Shown here: positions 23,060-35,800 of the stretch, piece after piece
Layout of the letters: each line of letters begins with the position of its first letter
How positions within the stretch are numbered: the first letter of the stretch is position 1
NCBI GenBank assembly: GCA_951804945.1
Contig: OX638160.1
Coordinates: 12,710,001-12,774,000, forward strand
Reading direction: 5' to 3'
DNA length: 64,000 nt
Origin: Podarcis cretensis
Taxonomy: Eukaryota
Position numbers and translations under genes: made by a program
Notes under the pieces: generated by a model
The model's database searches: none
What the model was told of the DNA's origin: nothing
Seen by the model: the letters and a program-made list of their open reading frames with translations, nothing else

Positions 23060-24680
23060 TTTCAATTGGTCAGGATCTCACCCCACAGCAGATATATTTA
23101 ATCAAATAAATTTCCTGCTGAAATATTTCTCCATAAGCACACAGTCTTGTCCTTTAAACATGTCGAAAATCACAAACCCTAATTAAAAACTAATAGAAGC
23201 GGTGTGTTTTGTTAATTTTTCGGACTGGCTATATAAATTTATCAACCTAGCTTCCTTCCCCTCCTCCGCCCTCAATGCGGAAGCAAGTTCATTTCCATTC
23301 TTCCCCCCACCCCGCGACACACACGCACACCCGAGATGAGAGATTTCTCCCGGCTGCCAGGATTTTAAATACGATGTGTCAGGATGCGAAGCCAATGTTG
23401 TTTTAGCAGACAAGTGGTAATAACAAAACTATTTATGCAAGCCCATTAGAGCAGCCGCAGGAGGAACCCTGACTGGTAGTTAAAATTTCTGAGCCAGAAA
23501 ATTAAAAACAAATATTTAACTTTGCAATTTTGAACCCACGGCTGCAACCACGGTTAAACTTTTACAGTGCATATTCAATGAGCGACTTCCCCGGCCCCTT
23601 TTAGACTACCCAGGGGAAGTGGCTTGGATGCGGTTTCAAAAGGGATTCCTCCTAGATGCGCTCAATCCCCCTCCCTCGCGCGCAAGGGCAAGCTGGTGTG
23701 GCAATGTGAAAGGTTCAGGCACTTTAATGATGGAAAAAGTAGAGTATTTGGTGGAACCAGTTCTTTTAAAAATAAATATAAAAATGGGCAATTAAAAAAA
23801 AACTTCGGGATCCAAACTTTGCCCCTTGGGTCCCTGAATTGTGTGGGTTTCCGCGGGGCCCCTTCCCCATAAGGGGCAACAAGAAATGAAATGTCATCAG
23901 CAGGTTGATGAAAAATTCTGCTCCAACAAGAGTCCTGAAAGTAAGAGCAGCCGGGCTGAATGTAGCAGACATCCAATATTCATAGGTCTCTGGATGTGCA
24001 CACCCCATCGCGGGTGGGGGGGGGAGTTGGAGTAAGGGTTGCCGTTTGATAGCCCGCGCTCCAACAGAGTCGTCCTTATTACCTCGCCACACACTTGATC
24101 GTAATCCCTATTGATAAGTTCTTCGCCCTGCCAAGGCAAACCTACTGTATCGACCCCAGCCGCAGTTCAGTAGTATCGACAGAACCCGCCTGCTGCTCAA
24201 GGCAAGCGCCTCTGCTCGGACCGGGTGACCCCCATTCGCTTCTAGACGTTCCCCAACTTTATGGAGGCCCTTTCCCAAGGAGCGGCATAGATTTTATTTT
24301 GCTCAGTAAAAGTATCGAGTCGTTATCCTCGTCTCTCTCTTTCTCTCCCTCTCCAGTGCTGTTCAAAAAGCAAAAGAGCGGTTTGGTTCACCATCTTCAC
24401 AAAATAATGGATTCAAGAGGATGGCACTCGGTGCCTTCTCAAAGCGAAGGTCTTAGATTTTATCTTCTCATAAATGACTACGTTGTACATCTCCAGCCTC
24501 TTTTTGTCGTCTCGTGTCATAACACGGTTAAATGCGACCAAAGAAACCGATTTATTTCCAATGAACCGATTGAAGCTGAATCCAGCTGTTTAAAGGGACG
24601 ATTAACTGTCCGGATGCATACTTTGCATCATAATTTTGCCAAGTTCCACTCCTTTGTAGACAAACGATGAAGGAAAAATC
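23060..24680. promoter_or_regulatory. Repeat-free, motif-dense candidate conserved non-coding (enhancer) block
   Basis: TAATTA 23180-23185, TTTGAT 24045-24050, TAATCC 24102-24107; CpGs retained; no TE signatures seen. Confidence 0.4.
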
Positions 24681-25036
24681 AAAATAAAGAACCAAATCTA
24701 GTGAAAGCCAAACACTTTTAAGTGTTTTTAAAGGGAAGGTTAGGCGTTCCCTAGGAGTCCATAGGAGACTCCAAAGTTCCTAACTATCCAAATTTCCTAA
24801 GACACACCCTAGCTATCAGGTCAATTGTTATTTTTATTCAGCTTTCCTGCTTTATTAACATGTACATCGTTCGTATTTGTGAATCCAATCAGCAAAAGGA
24901 AGCATAAAAGCTGATTAATTTTTTGTCTGAAACAAAGCCAGAGATTCTTCATTCAGCTGAGCAGAGGAATGAAATCGGTTTACTTAGATCAGGAACGATA
25001 GGAGGAAATGGGCATTATTTTCTCTACCCTCCCCAA

Positions 25037-25156
25037 CATGAGCGTAGCCAGGATTTATGTCGGGGGGCAGGCTTTATGTTGGGGGCAGAACCTCAGTTAA
25101 TTATTTTGTATTGATTTGCACTGGGGCAGCTGCCCCCCCCCTTGACTATGCCCATG
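25037..25156. mobile_element. Short hAT-like MITE
   Basis: TIRs catgagcgtagcca / tgactatgcccatg; degenerate 8-bp TSD ctccccaa / ccccccag. Confidence 0.6.
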
Positions 25157-25499
25157 CCCCCCAGCATGTAGTACCATATTCCTTCCCCATGATTGGCTGA
25201 TAGTCCCTCCTCTTCCTCCAAAATCAAGGCTGCTGCTGAGCACGGTGGTTACTTCCGAGTAAACCTATCTAGGGTGCCTCTGTGTGTCATTGCCGCACTG
25301 ATAATAAAGCAGAGGGATAAATCAAAATATGTATGCTCAGAAGCAAGTCTATGGGACTCTATGGGAGTTCAGTTGCTTACTCCCAGGTAAGTTGGTACAA
25401 AGTTGCAGGCTGTCTTGAATAAAAAATCAATTATTGGAACTATACAGAACTTGGGAAGTATTGGCGAGGGGAATTCGAAGTGAAGGGGGAAATGCTTGG

Positions 25500-27050
25500 A
25501 AGGGGGGGCCGTGGCATTCTGAAATACTGGACTGGGATCACCTGTGGCCCGGAGTGGCCTCGCCCACACTTAAGCCTTCTCCACCTAACCAGATCCGCGC
25601 GTGCAAGCGGCAACGTGGTCAGGAAATGCGCCTAAATTTGTGGCCCAGGAGGGCAGTGAAGGCCAATGAGGGATGGAAATGAGGAAGCCAGCTGTCTGCA
25701 GGAGAGGAGAGAACGTGGACTGGTGGGTTCATAGATAGAGGAAAAATTGATCCATCTCTCGTTGTCTCCAACTGCCCCCAAATCCGGGGCTCGTCCGATC
25801 GACCCCCGTGTCATCCTCGGCCTGGCTCCTCAGGTAGGGCCTGTCGGGGAGAGGAGCTGGAGCTGCTGGGGGGGGGGGCGGTGTCAGATAAAGACGTCCG
25901 TCAATCCGAGGCCTCGGGACGGGCTGACAGAGCAGGCCGCGGCGCCGTGACCCTGGCCAGCTTTGTCCCTGCGACGCGCAAAGCTCCCCGGCTTGGCAGG
26001 AGAGAGAAAATTAAAATGTCACCCATAGTATTGAACTTGGAGCCAGGAAGCCGTGCTCAGGGAGGACGGGGGAGATGCGCCCACCTGCGGCAGGTGGGGA
26101 GGGGGCTGGGGGCCATCCATTGGGGTCGGTGGGGAAAGATGAAGGGGGCGGCGGCTGGCCTGCGCTATCTGCGAGCTTGCGCGCAGCCCTGACTTTTGCC
26201 AAATGTTGCCCCCAGCAGTCAAGCGTCTCCAGCAAGGAAAGCAGCCGGAGGGGGGAGCCACCTAGCCCGAGTTGCTCGAGGGTGTTGTCCGGCGCAACGG
26301 AGGAGAACTGCGTCTCTCTCCTTTGCCACAGGCCCCAAGAAGGTAGGTACGTGAGCAGGCACACAGGTCGGTCGGTGTGCTAAGGGAGGCACTCCGAAAT
26401 GGCGCAAGCCTATGGCAGCAGGAGTTAATAAAGGGGAGGGGGAGACGGAGAGTCACGCCGAGTGATCTACATAAAGTGCCTCCGTTAGATCTCCGAGCCT
26501 AGGAAGCCCCGGCACAGTCTGATCTCCTTGCTCTCCACGCCGCCAGTGGCGTAGCGTGGGTTGTCAGCACCCGGGGCAAGGCAAGTAATTTGCGCCCCCT
26601 AACCCGTGGATTTGCGCCCCCTAACCCGTGGATTTGCGCCCCCTAACCCGTGGATTTGCCCTAGCCCCAGAAGTTGCGCCCGGTGCGGCCCGCCCCCCCC
26701 CTGCACCCCCCACGCTACGCCACTGCACGCCGCAGCAAGTTGGCTGCAAGTTCCGCGGGGAAGTGGGTTCAGGATGGCAAGGGGATACCTATATATCTCT
26801 CTTCTTTCCCCGGACTCCTTGAAGCTCTTTAAACCGGATGCGAATTTGCATCAGCTCGCTCCACTCTCCATTTGCGGATGATAACTTTGACCTGAGTTGG
26901 CCTCCCCTGAGCTGGCTAGGGAGAATCATTCCCAGGCGGTGGGGCTGGGCCCGTGGTCCGCCTGTGCCGTTTGCACCCCACGTAAATTGGTTTGTATCCC
27001 GATCCTACTCGTTTCCTCAAGGCAAGTCTGGAGGAATTAAGCAGGCCTTA
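25500..27050. promoter_or_regulatory. CpG-rich island segment
   Basis: High GC and CpG by eye. Confidence 0.55.
26544..26725 (+). mobile_element. hAT MITE with 22-bp tandem repeats (copy B, inverted relative to copy A)
   Basis: Perfect TIRs CAGTGGCGTAGCGTGGG; exact TSD CACGCCGC (26536-26543, 26726-26733); (ATTTGCGCCCCCTAACCCGTGG)x3. Confidence 0.92.
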
Positions 27051-28899
27051 CTTCCGAGTAAGCGTGTTAATAGGACTGGGCTGGAATAATGTTGACTATG
27101 TGGATTATTGGGGTCGCAGCTGAAAATTGAACTCACTGGGTGGTATCCGACAAACCCATTCTCAGAGTAGACCCACTGATTTAAATTGACACATAGATTT
27201 CAATGGGTCTTCTCTGGGGTTGACTCTGTTGAATGACACCCGGCATATATTAAAGGCCACTTGGTTTGATTCGCACATTTATTATCCCATATATCATCAC
27301 AATGTTCGCTATGGAAAATAAAAACACCAGTATAAAACCTTTCTGAAACAGCAAGCAAACGTGTCTTTGTCAGGGTCACTTTTGTACTTTCAAATACATT
27401 TACCCTCCTGCAAACATAAATTTTCCATTTTTTTCGCCGCATTCTAAACCATTACTTGGAAGTAAGGCGCAGTGGTTGCAACGGGTATGTGTAAACCGCC
27501 CTGGGGTTGTTTATGTCGGCAGGCAGCATCGAAATTTCTTGCATAAAATGAAGAAACAACTTCCAAACAAACCCGCTTACAGTCGAGGCCCAAAATGCAC
27601 AAGTGTCATCGGAAGTCCCATTTCTTACAGATAAACTTAATTGGAAGCAAAGGTGGGGCTGCCCTAAGGATGTCTACTCAGAAGGAAGTCTCACTAAATT
27701 CTTCGTGACTTACTTCCTAGGAAGTGTGAGTAGAATTGCAGCTTCGCCGCGCTATCTTATACAGGCCTACTCAGAAGTAAGCCCCATTGAATTCAGTGGG
27801 ACTTACTTCCAGGTGACTACAGCCAACGTCACTTTATTTGGATGCAGTTTAAGTTAGACATTTCTTTCTTTTTCCAGAATTATGCGGCGTGAAACGTTCG
27901 AAATATTGTTTAGTCCCACATACCGTTTTATTTACGTAAATTCAAACAGAAACAAAGATTATTATTACAGGGGGGGGGGAATTGTTTAAAGACACGAAGT
28001 TCTGAAGGAAAGCATCCGCTTTTTCATCTGAGAGAGAGAGGTAGGATATCTCGCCCGCCCGCGACCATTAGATTTCAACGGTCTGCCTTCTAAATTTCCA
28101 GCTGGGTGTTAAACTGCAAGCAGCCAAAACAATGACGACAAGTGCGGTGCGGATCCCACTTTGCAGGGTTTCTGGAATTCTTAACTGAAGGCCTCCTCTT
28201 GCCCTAACAGCGAACGGCCGCCAGGGGGCAAAGAGGCATCAACAAAGGCCCAACGAGCCAATCCCCTGGGCTCCTCTCTGCAGACAGCGTTTTTAAAAAC
28301 ATGCTCTGGTTGCAAAGGTCTTCTTTTCTATTTGCAAAGGATTTTCCGCTCTCGCTCCCTATCCCCCCCCCGCCAAAATAAATAAAAATGAAATAAAAAT
28401 ATTTTCCTTGGGCACAGAGAAACGCTGTCCTAGGCACCCACAAGCATGTTCAGACGGAAGCAACGCTAGCCACTTTCCTGTCTGCAGCTATATAACACAT
28501 TAAATAAGAATGATATTCAAATATACCAGATCATATCCCTGGCCATTTATCCTACTTACCTTGTCGAAATATTTAACCTATGATCTCCGTGCATTCTAAT
28601 GACATACTTCTGAATGGACGTTTTACAGGATACACATATTGCTTTAAGCTTTCTCTCCTTCCTTCCCTCTCCCTCTCTCCCTTTTCAGTCGGCATAGCTC
28701 AAGAAAGCTGGGGAAGGGTCTCTTCCTTGGGGCAGTGGTGGTGCAGGCTTGGAGGTCTTAAGAATTATGGAGCCTGCGAGGCTAGACAGAATCCAAATGA
28801 AACCACTCAAGGGAAACTTCGCTGCAGACAAAAACACACACGTACGCAGACCACATTCAATTCCCTGCCTCCTCTTCCCCCCCTTGACTTATTTGGTTT

Positions 28900-30250
28900 G
28901 GCGGTCGCCCGTTGCAGAAGCCAAACAGGGAAATATCCTTCACACCAGCTCATAAGGAGCCTGGCTGGAGGAAACCCCGCTTTCCCACCCGTACTCCTCT
29001 CCTTCTGGGTTGTTTAAATAAACCATTCGGAAGAGCGTCTTGCAGGAGATGCATCTCTCCTCCCGCCGCCGCCGCCCGGCTTCCTTGCCAACTGGAGCAT
29101 TACGAGCCAGGCGCATTTTTGCAGACAATGAAGCCCACAGTGCTGCTGAAATGGGCCACCTTCTGTCTTTTCCCCAGGAAGAGGGCACTGCTTTCCTCTC
29201 TCCACACACCCCTAACACACACACCCTGCACGTCTCCACTTCCACCTGTCCAGGGGTGCCAAGTGGAATAAAATATTGCGGGGGGGGGGCAGGTGAGCCA
29301 CGTCTCGCATAATCGATCACATGACGCAGTGCACACCCCCCCCTTTGAATGGCAATGCCCATCAATTTTGGAGGGGGAGCCCTCAAATCGTTTATTGGGG
29401 CGGGGGGGGGGAGGCGAACGGATCTCGACCCCTAGGAGTTGTCTCCTATGGTGTGCTTTTTCTCTCGCCTGGCATTTCTTGGTTAACTTAACAGGAAGCT
29501 GGGCGAGGTATGAACTTGGAGGTTTCGCAGGGATAGAGCCAGCCGGTGGTTGAATGGTGGTTTTTCTTTGGGAGCGGGCTGTGTGGGGAGGGTTGCCTTG
29601 TTTTAAAAGCTGCCCAGCAATGGCGATGGCCAGAGTGCAGCTGGGCTCGGCCTTTTCTGCGTGTTCACGAGGCGTTAAAGCTTTATCGAACAAAACAGCT
29701 CCGTCTGACCCCGGCCAGACAAAAGACAACTTCCATGCCCCGCCCCGCCCGCCCGCAAACGTCAAAAGAGCGGGCCAGGAAGAGGGAAGGAGGCGACGGC
29801 GACCGACCAGGGACAGGCCTGCTTCCCTTACTGCCTTAAGGGCGACCTAGTCTCCTCCTCCTACTCCGCCTCTTCGCTTCGACTTGAGGTGGGGACTGCG
29901 GCCCCTCCTCGCCCTGGGCGCGAGGGTGGACGAAGAGGCTACCTGGCTCCTTCCTTGCTCCTTGCCCAGCCAAGGCTGCCCCACAGCTAGAAACTGTACT
30001 AGGTCCAGGTCTCCCTGCCCCCAACAGCTCCCTCACTTGAAGTAATAATTGGCCTCATTAAGGCCAGCCAAGGGGGAGGAAAATGGCGCCAACGCAGCCC
30101 TTTCTTCCCGCCTCAGCCGGCGGCCTGAGCGCCAAGCAAGCCCGCTGGGGAGCCTCTTCCTCTGGCAGCCTGGGCTGGGTGTCACGAAAGGGCAACAAAT
30201 TGTGGCTGCAGCTTTAAGGGAAAGAGGCACGTGTGGTGTTTTCTGCCTCC
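28900..30250. promoter_or_regulatory. CpG-rich island segment
   Basis: High GC and CpG; GC boxes (ccccgccccgcccgccc ~29740). Confidence 0.55.
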
Positions 30251-30399
30251 ATCTCCAATATTCTGCGCCTGATGGTGGTGGCACTCAGGTGTGCTGCAAT
30301 TTATTATTTAAATGTTCATAAACCAGCTTAAAATATTGCCTCAAACGCTTATGCTCATGCTTGTTATCTTTCCATTTTCACACAAGTTCCTGTTTGTTT

Positions 30400-30856
30400 C
30401 TTTTTAAAAATTACTTATTTACTTGTTTATAATCCACGTTTTCATAAAAATATACCCATATAATATATATAAAACATATAATAGTGAAATCGGCAAAAGG
30501 CATCCATAAAAATTAGTAAATACTGATTGGCTAAAAAGAGAAAATTCATATTGCAAAGGCCTACCTAAACAATAGGCAGATGTTCAAAGACATCTGAAAG
30601 AGGAGACTGATCTTGCCTGCTGCACCTCTACTGGTAGGGCAGGGCCTGCCACGCTAAAGGCTCCGTCCTTAGTGAAGGCCAGCTGAACCTCGGGGTGGAG
30701 AACCACCAGAAGTGTCCCTTCGGATTTCAGTGTTTGAGGTGGGGCAACAGGAAACAAGAGGGCCCTTAAGGTACTTTAGGCTCAAGTGGTTAGGGCTTTG
30801 TGAATTATCCCAAATACCTTGAACCTGGCCTGGTAGCAAATTGGCAATCAGTGCAG

Positions 30857-30901
<45 letters not shown>

Positions 30902-31012
30902 GTATGAGCAGTCTGGCTGCTGCATTCTGCACTGCAGCTTCCTCACCAGATACAAGGGCAGCCCCACATAAAGAATGTTATTGTAATCAAGCCTTGAGGT
31001 TATCAGTGCACA
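30400..31012 (-). mobile_element. L2 LINE ORF2 C-terminal remnant with an internal (CT)n expansion (30861-30897)
   Basis: Minus strand reads ALITSRLDYNNILYVGLP...QNAAARLL, typical of the L2 ORF2 end. Confidence 0.78.
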
Positions 31013-31067
31013 TGTACATGACTATTTATTTCATTTATTTGCTTTCTAGCTGCTATTTGTTCTACAG

Positions 31068-31233
31068 CAATGGTTTCCAATTGGTGGTCCATGGACCCCC
31101 TCCCCCCCCCCCCCCCGGGCACCATTCACAACAAAAGCTACTATAGAGATATCATTTTTTTGAAAAATGGGGTCGATGGCTTAGCTTTTGAAAAACAGGG
31201 GGTCTGCAGTACTTATCTAATTGGGAACCATTG
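31068..31233. mobile_element. hAT-Charlie-like MITE
   Basis: TIRs caatggtttccaa / ttgggaaccattg; near-TSD ttctacag / ctccacag. Confidence 0.7.
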
Positions 31234-32723
31234 CTCCACAGGAATCCCTGAAGTAGATTGCCTGAAAAGTACCGTAAGTCATATACATTTACACTGGAGC
31301 TGTTTTTGATCTTCACCCTCAGACACCTAGCATTGCTCTAGGATAGTATATCCCCAACCCTATTAGGCCATCGTTCCCATCACCTTTTGTTCTGTTACAC
31401 TCCTATTTTGTGTTCTGTTGCCACACTGCACACTTTTTATTCCCACTTTTTATTCCTATCTGTCTAAGGGCAGATAGGAATGAAATACAAACAGCAGCCA
31501 TGCTGTTTCAGGGGAGCTGCTGAGTGATAGCAGGTAGAGGTTCCATTGCCTGGCTGTATGCTTCTCATTTACTTCCCCCTCAGGATGACAGGTCTTTTCC
31601 CTGTGCAAAAGCATAAATGGAGGAGCCCGGTATAGCGTATACATCTATACATATGCAATGCTAGCTATGCTTCTATAGTCAAACTCATACATAAACACAC
31701 TATCATGTAACATTTTGCGTCTATAATCCCCCAAGGGTCTATTTTGCAATTCATATGTGTCTGTTACATCATCTTTAAATGCACTCTCAAGAATTCAGCT
31801 CAGCTCTGCCGGAGAAGGATTGTGCGGTGCTCTTGAGAGCAGCAGCCTTTCCTCGGGGCTCACATGCCACCTACTGACCCATGCAGAATCTTGGTCCCTT
31901 CAAGACCAAGAGAGCTGAAGCTGCCTCCCCTTGTGTGGCTTGAACAGAGGCACCCAGCCTGCCCTAGAGTTTAGTCCAGTTTCTACTGATCTTTGAAAAA
32001 CACGCATATTTGACTGCAACTTCTCAGAACCAGTTGGCAGTTCTAAACTTTTAGGATGTTTTCATAAAGTATTTGAAATATGCTTGAGAACTGTATAGAA
32101 GAGAAGGTAGACATTCTAAGCTTTGTTCTCTCTACAGTACAGGGCTGGCTCTACCATTAAAATAAGGTGGCCACCTCAGATGGCAGATGCTGAGGGATGG
32201 AGAGTAGATTCTGTTGTGTGAGCCTTCCTGAACTAAGTCTTGGGTGTGGTGGAAAATTCTGTCCCATTCCTAAGGATTGAAGTAAGATTAATTTGCCAAA
32301 CTGGTTCGCTTTGTATACAGAATAGAGAGGACATCATTGTCCATTTCTGGCAACAAAATGTGTTGACTCAGCCCTGCCATAGTATATCTGAAGGAAGTTT
32401 TTAACCAGGCCAAAATGATGAGTAGCAGAAGTCATAAAGAGCGATGGCAGAGTAGCCAAAGGCTCTAGCTTATTTTGAAGGCAAACAAACTGATTTCTTT
32501 CTCTTTTCCTTTGTTTAATCTTATGATCTTTTAAAATGAACAGGTAACTTTTCAATATGTGGGAGATAAAACTCTGCAATCAGTTTTTGTCATCAGGGTT
32601 TTAGATCACTGTATCTCAAGCACTTAAGCAAATTAATTTTATCATCATCATCTCCCTTTTGTGCTCACAATCCAGTAAAATAATGAGCTCCAAAACGTTG
32701 GTTTCCATTTTGCCCATGTGTAT

Positions 32724-32850
32724 GAGCCAATGTGGGGTAGTGGTTAGAGTTTCAAACTAGGACCTTGGAGACTCGGCTTCAAATTTCCACTCAACCATAG
32801 AGCTTACTGAATAGCCTTGGGCCAATCACTACATCTCAGCTTAAACTCAT
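32724..32850 (+). mobile_element. MIR-like SINE fragment
   Basis: gtggggtagtggttagagt...ggcttcaaatttccactc...ccttgggccaatcact. Confidence 0.6.
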
Positions 32851-35800
32851 CCAGCAATAGCTTAGAAAATCTCCAAGCTATCCACTGCTCTGTCCAACTA
32901 TTTCAAGACCCTTTATTTGTATTTAATATCTAAACAATTCCTTGCAGGCTGTGTTCTTCCCACAATTTAAAAAGCAGCACATATGTAGTTCTGTTATTAC
33001 AAGTTGCAGGGAACACTGTGTTTGTCCCCTGCAGCAAGACTACCCTCAGCCATTACATGGGAATGAGATATTGTGCTACTGGCACCAGATCAGGGCTTGT
33101 GAGGGTATCATGCCAGAAAAGCCTTTTAAAAGGCTGGTTGGTGGTGACAGTGTGATTTTAATGGGGCATGTGAAACATCCAACAATGTGCAAGTCGTTTT
33201 GAGACACCTTAGTGTAAAAATGCAACAAATAAATATGAACAACACCACTTATAAAATTTGCAACAGAGTCTTGCACACTGAGCTTGGGGGTTTGGATGTG
33301 TGGTGTCTTTTACTTTGTTTTTGCTCTTCCTTTTAAAAACATTGATACTGATATTATACCATAATCTGCACTCCCCACGAAGCACAATTGGTTCCAAACT
33401 ATATCCTAACTATAAATGGTGTTCAACTGAGTCAAATAAGAGGAGCACTGCTCACCACCCAGGAGCTTTCAGTAGAGTTTCCTCAGTTCAGACTCTGCTG
33501 AAACCTTCCTGACATCACCATCATAATGTGCTTCTGTGCCATCATTGATTTTAATGGGGTTTTTAAGGCACAACCAAAGGCAAAATATGTCCTGTTGGTC
33601 TGATTATATAATTAGACTCAACACTGTCAAGCAGAGTTTCAGCAGAGAAGCTATGTGTTTTTATTGTCAATATCATTGATTTCCTACCCTGGTTAATCCC
33701 AGCTCTTAGCTGCACCCTTGGATGCATACTTACCATAGATGCTCTGCAGTGGGGGCAATACCTGTTCTAAAAGCTGCTTTTTATTAATTTAATGGCACTT
33801 GGGTGGGGTCTTCAACACAAGATACTTTAGGAAATATAACACACACACAAATCTTTTAATTCTTGAAGAAGTCTCCTTTTTGTGCATCCTTAAAAAGCAG
33901 TTAAAGGCAATAGTTATTTAGACTTCTAAACAATGTGTGTTGGATTTCATGGTCTTATATAGGTTTGCCTTCTTTTCCTTTCCCTATACAAGTCTTGTGG
34001 ATGCATAGTCACTATTCAAATAATGTATGCAAGTTTTTAAGGTACAGAAAAGGCTGAGGGTGGGTGCTACATCTTATTTTTCAAATATATTCAGGAATTG
34101 GTAGGAGGAAAACCAGCTGTAACACCAACATCTACAGTCAATGTTTGGTTAAGAGCCCCCTGATGATTCTGACACTAGCAACTGGACCTCCAAAATAGGA
34201 TCTAGAAATTTGTTGAAATCAACGGCATTCAGAGCAGCATTGGGCATCTGTTTACATGCCACTGGTATTTCCGTGTGTCAGCCTTAGAGTTACCCATCCA
34301 GTGCCACATTATGATGGGCTGGGAGAAAAATGTACAAATGCAAGTTGTTTTCATGTAATAAAAGTTCTGTTGAATTCTTTTCAGTGAAACGCATGCAGAT
34401 GCAGTCAGCGTTACAGTCAGCTGAGAAACAAAAAGCATAACCATTCTTGGAAGACTGCCTTATTTATACAATGTCTTTTTTATACAACAGGCAATAAAAT
34501 CATTTATTATTATATTAAGGTTAGTAATTCTGTACAATATTGTTTTTTTAAAATCTGGAAAAGTCTGCTCTATTCCCTTTAAAAACAACCATTGAGGTAT
34601 CAAGTTGTGTTAGCCATAATTCTTAATCCCTTGTCCCTCATGACTGGGAAGTTGTTTATACGAATTTCATTGCTCTGAAGGTGGGTGGGGGGGGGGGAGC
34701 CCAGTCTTTCCGCATGGGCAAGGAGGTGATTAAATGAATGGCGTCAAAATAGCCTGAGCAGATCCATTGAAACCAGATACTGATTTAAACAAGCTGAGCA
34801 GTCATTTCATAAACTTTCTTTTAAACTTTGGTTTATTTTTTATTATTACTCGATAAACTACACATTTTAACTTATTTACCAAGTGAAATAAAATCAGTGG
34901 CTGACATTCAACATTACTTACTTAAGGAAAATGAGCTTGACTAATTATGGCTTCTACCCCTGATGTCTCTGGTAACATCACAGAAATAGTAAAAATTACA
35001 CAAAGATATTTGCATAATAGTGATGCTTTGCATCCATTGCCTTGAGTGGGTACTTGGGGTGCTGAGTGTTACAAGAGTGAAGGCTTTGCCTCTCCTTCAG
35101 GACTGCTGCTCCTTGTTCTCAAATCATTTTTATTTAAGTACTTTTAAAGTGATATTTTTATGACTACAACAATGCAAAACACTCATTCAGCAATGCCAAC
35201 GCTTAAAACAGTTCTCCTCCCTAGATGAGTTACCTTTCAGCTCAACTAATATTCAGCACATATGGTAGAAAAAGGGTTATCATTTTTTAAAAAAGGAAGC
35301 AAGCATAGAGAACTGCAATTCAAAGAGTTTCAGAAACACACCAGGTACTATTAAATTTAGTGCTAACCTCAGACCCAGCTCTAGAGGAAATGGCGCTGCA
35401 AGCAAGAAGCAGTTTTTGGCACCTTCTCCATCTGTTAAACTTTTGAATAACTTGTTTTCTATTTCATTTGTAGCCCATTTTACAACTTTGAGTCACAGTT
35501 AGCATGCATGATTTATCCCAGTCATTTAAGGCAGGTGTTTGCATGCTAGGTGCTATAATCTGTATTTATCCATGCCATACAAAGTTTTTGTATTATGTGT
35601 TTCAGTTGTTGAGTGCATAATAGCCCATGACAGCCCCTACAAACTCTGTATTCCAGGTGGATGCCTGGGTCACCTGCCCTAAATTCCATCCTGGCTAGCA
35701 CCACACATATTAATACTGCATGCTCCTTAAATGTTAAGTGTAAGAACCCTTCCATACATTTTTTGATATGGTTTTTGAATCATTTTCATAAGATAGTGGC

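Noticed and set aside
24095-24670. 191-aa ORF
   Set aside because: Non-ATG start and no homology recognisable; better explained as non-coding regulatory sequence.
26588-26660. Regular 22-bp repeats suggesting a CRISPR array or telomere
   Set aside because: Head-to-tail repeats without spacers inside a TIR/TSD-bounded MITE in a vertebrate; not a pure (TTAGGG)n tract.
29100-29765. 221-aa minus-strand ORF, the longest in the window
   Set aside because: Non-ATG start, low-complexity GC-driven composition, no homeodomain or other known motif; not EN2.
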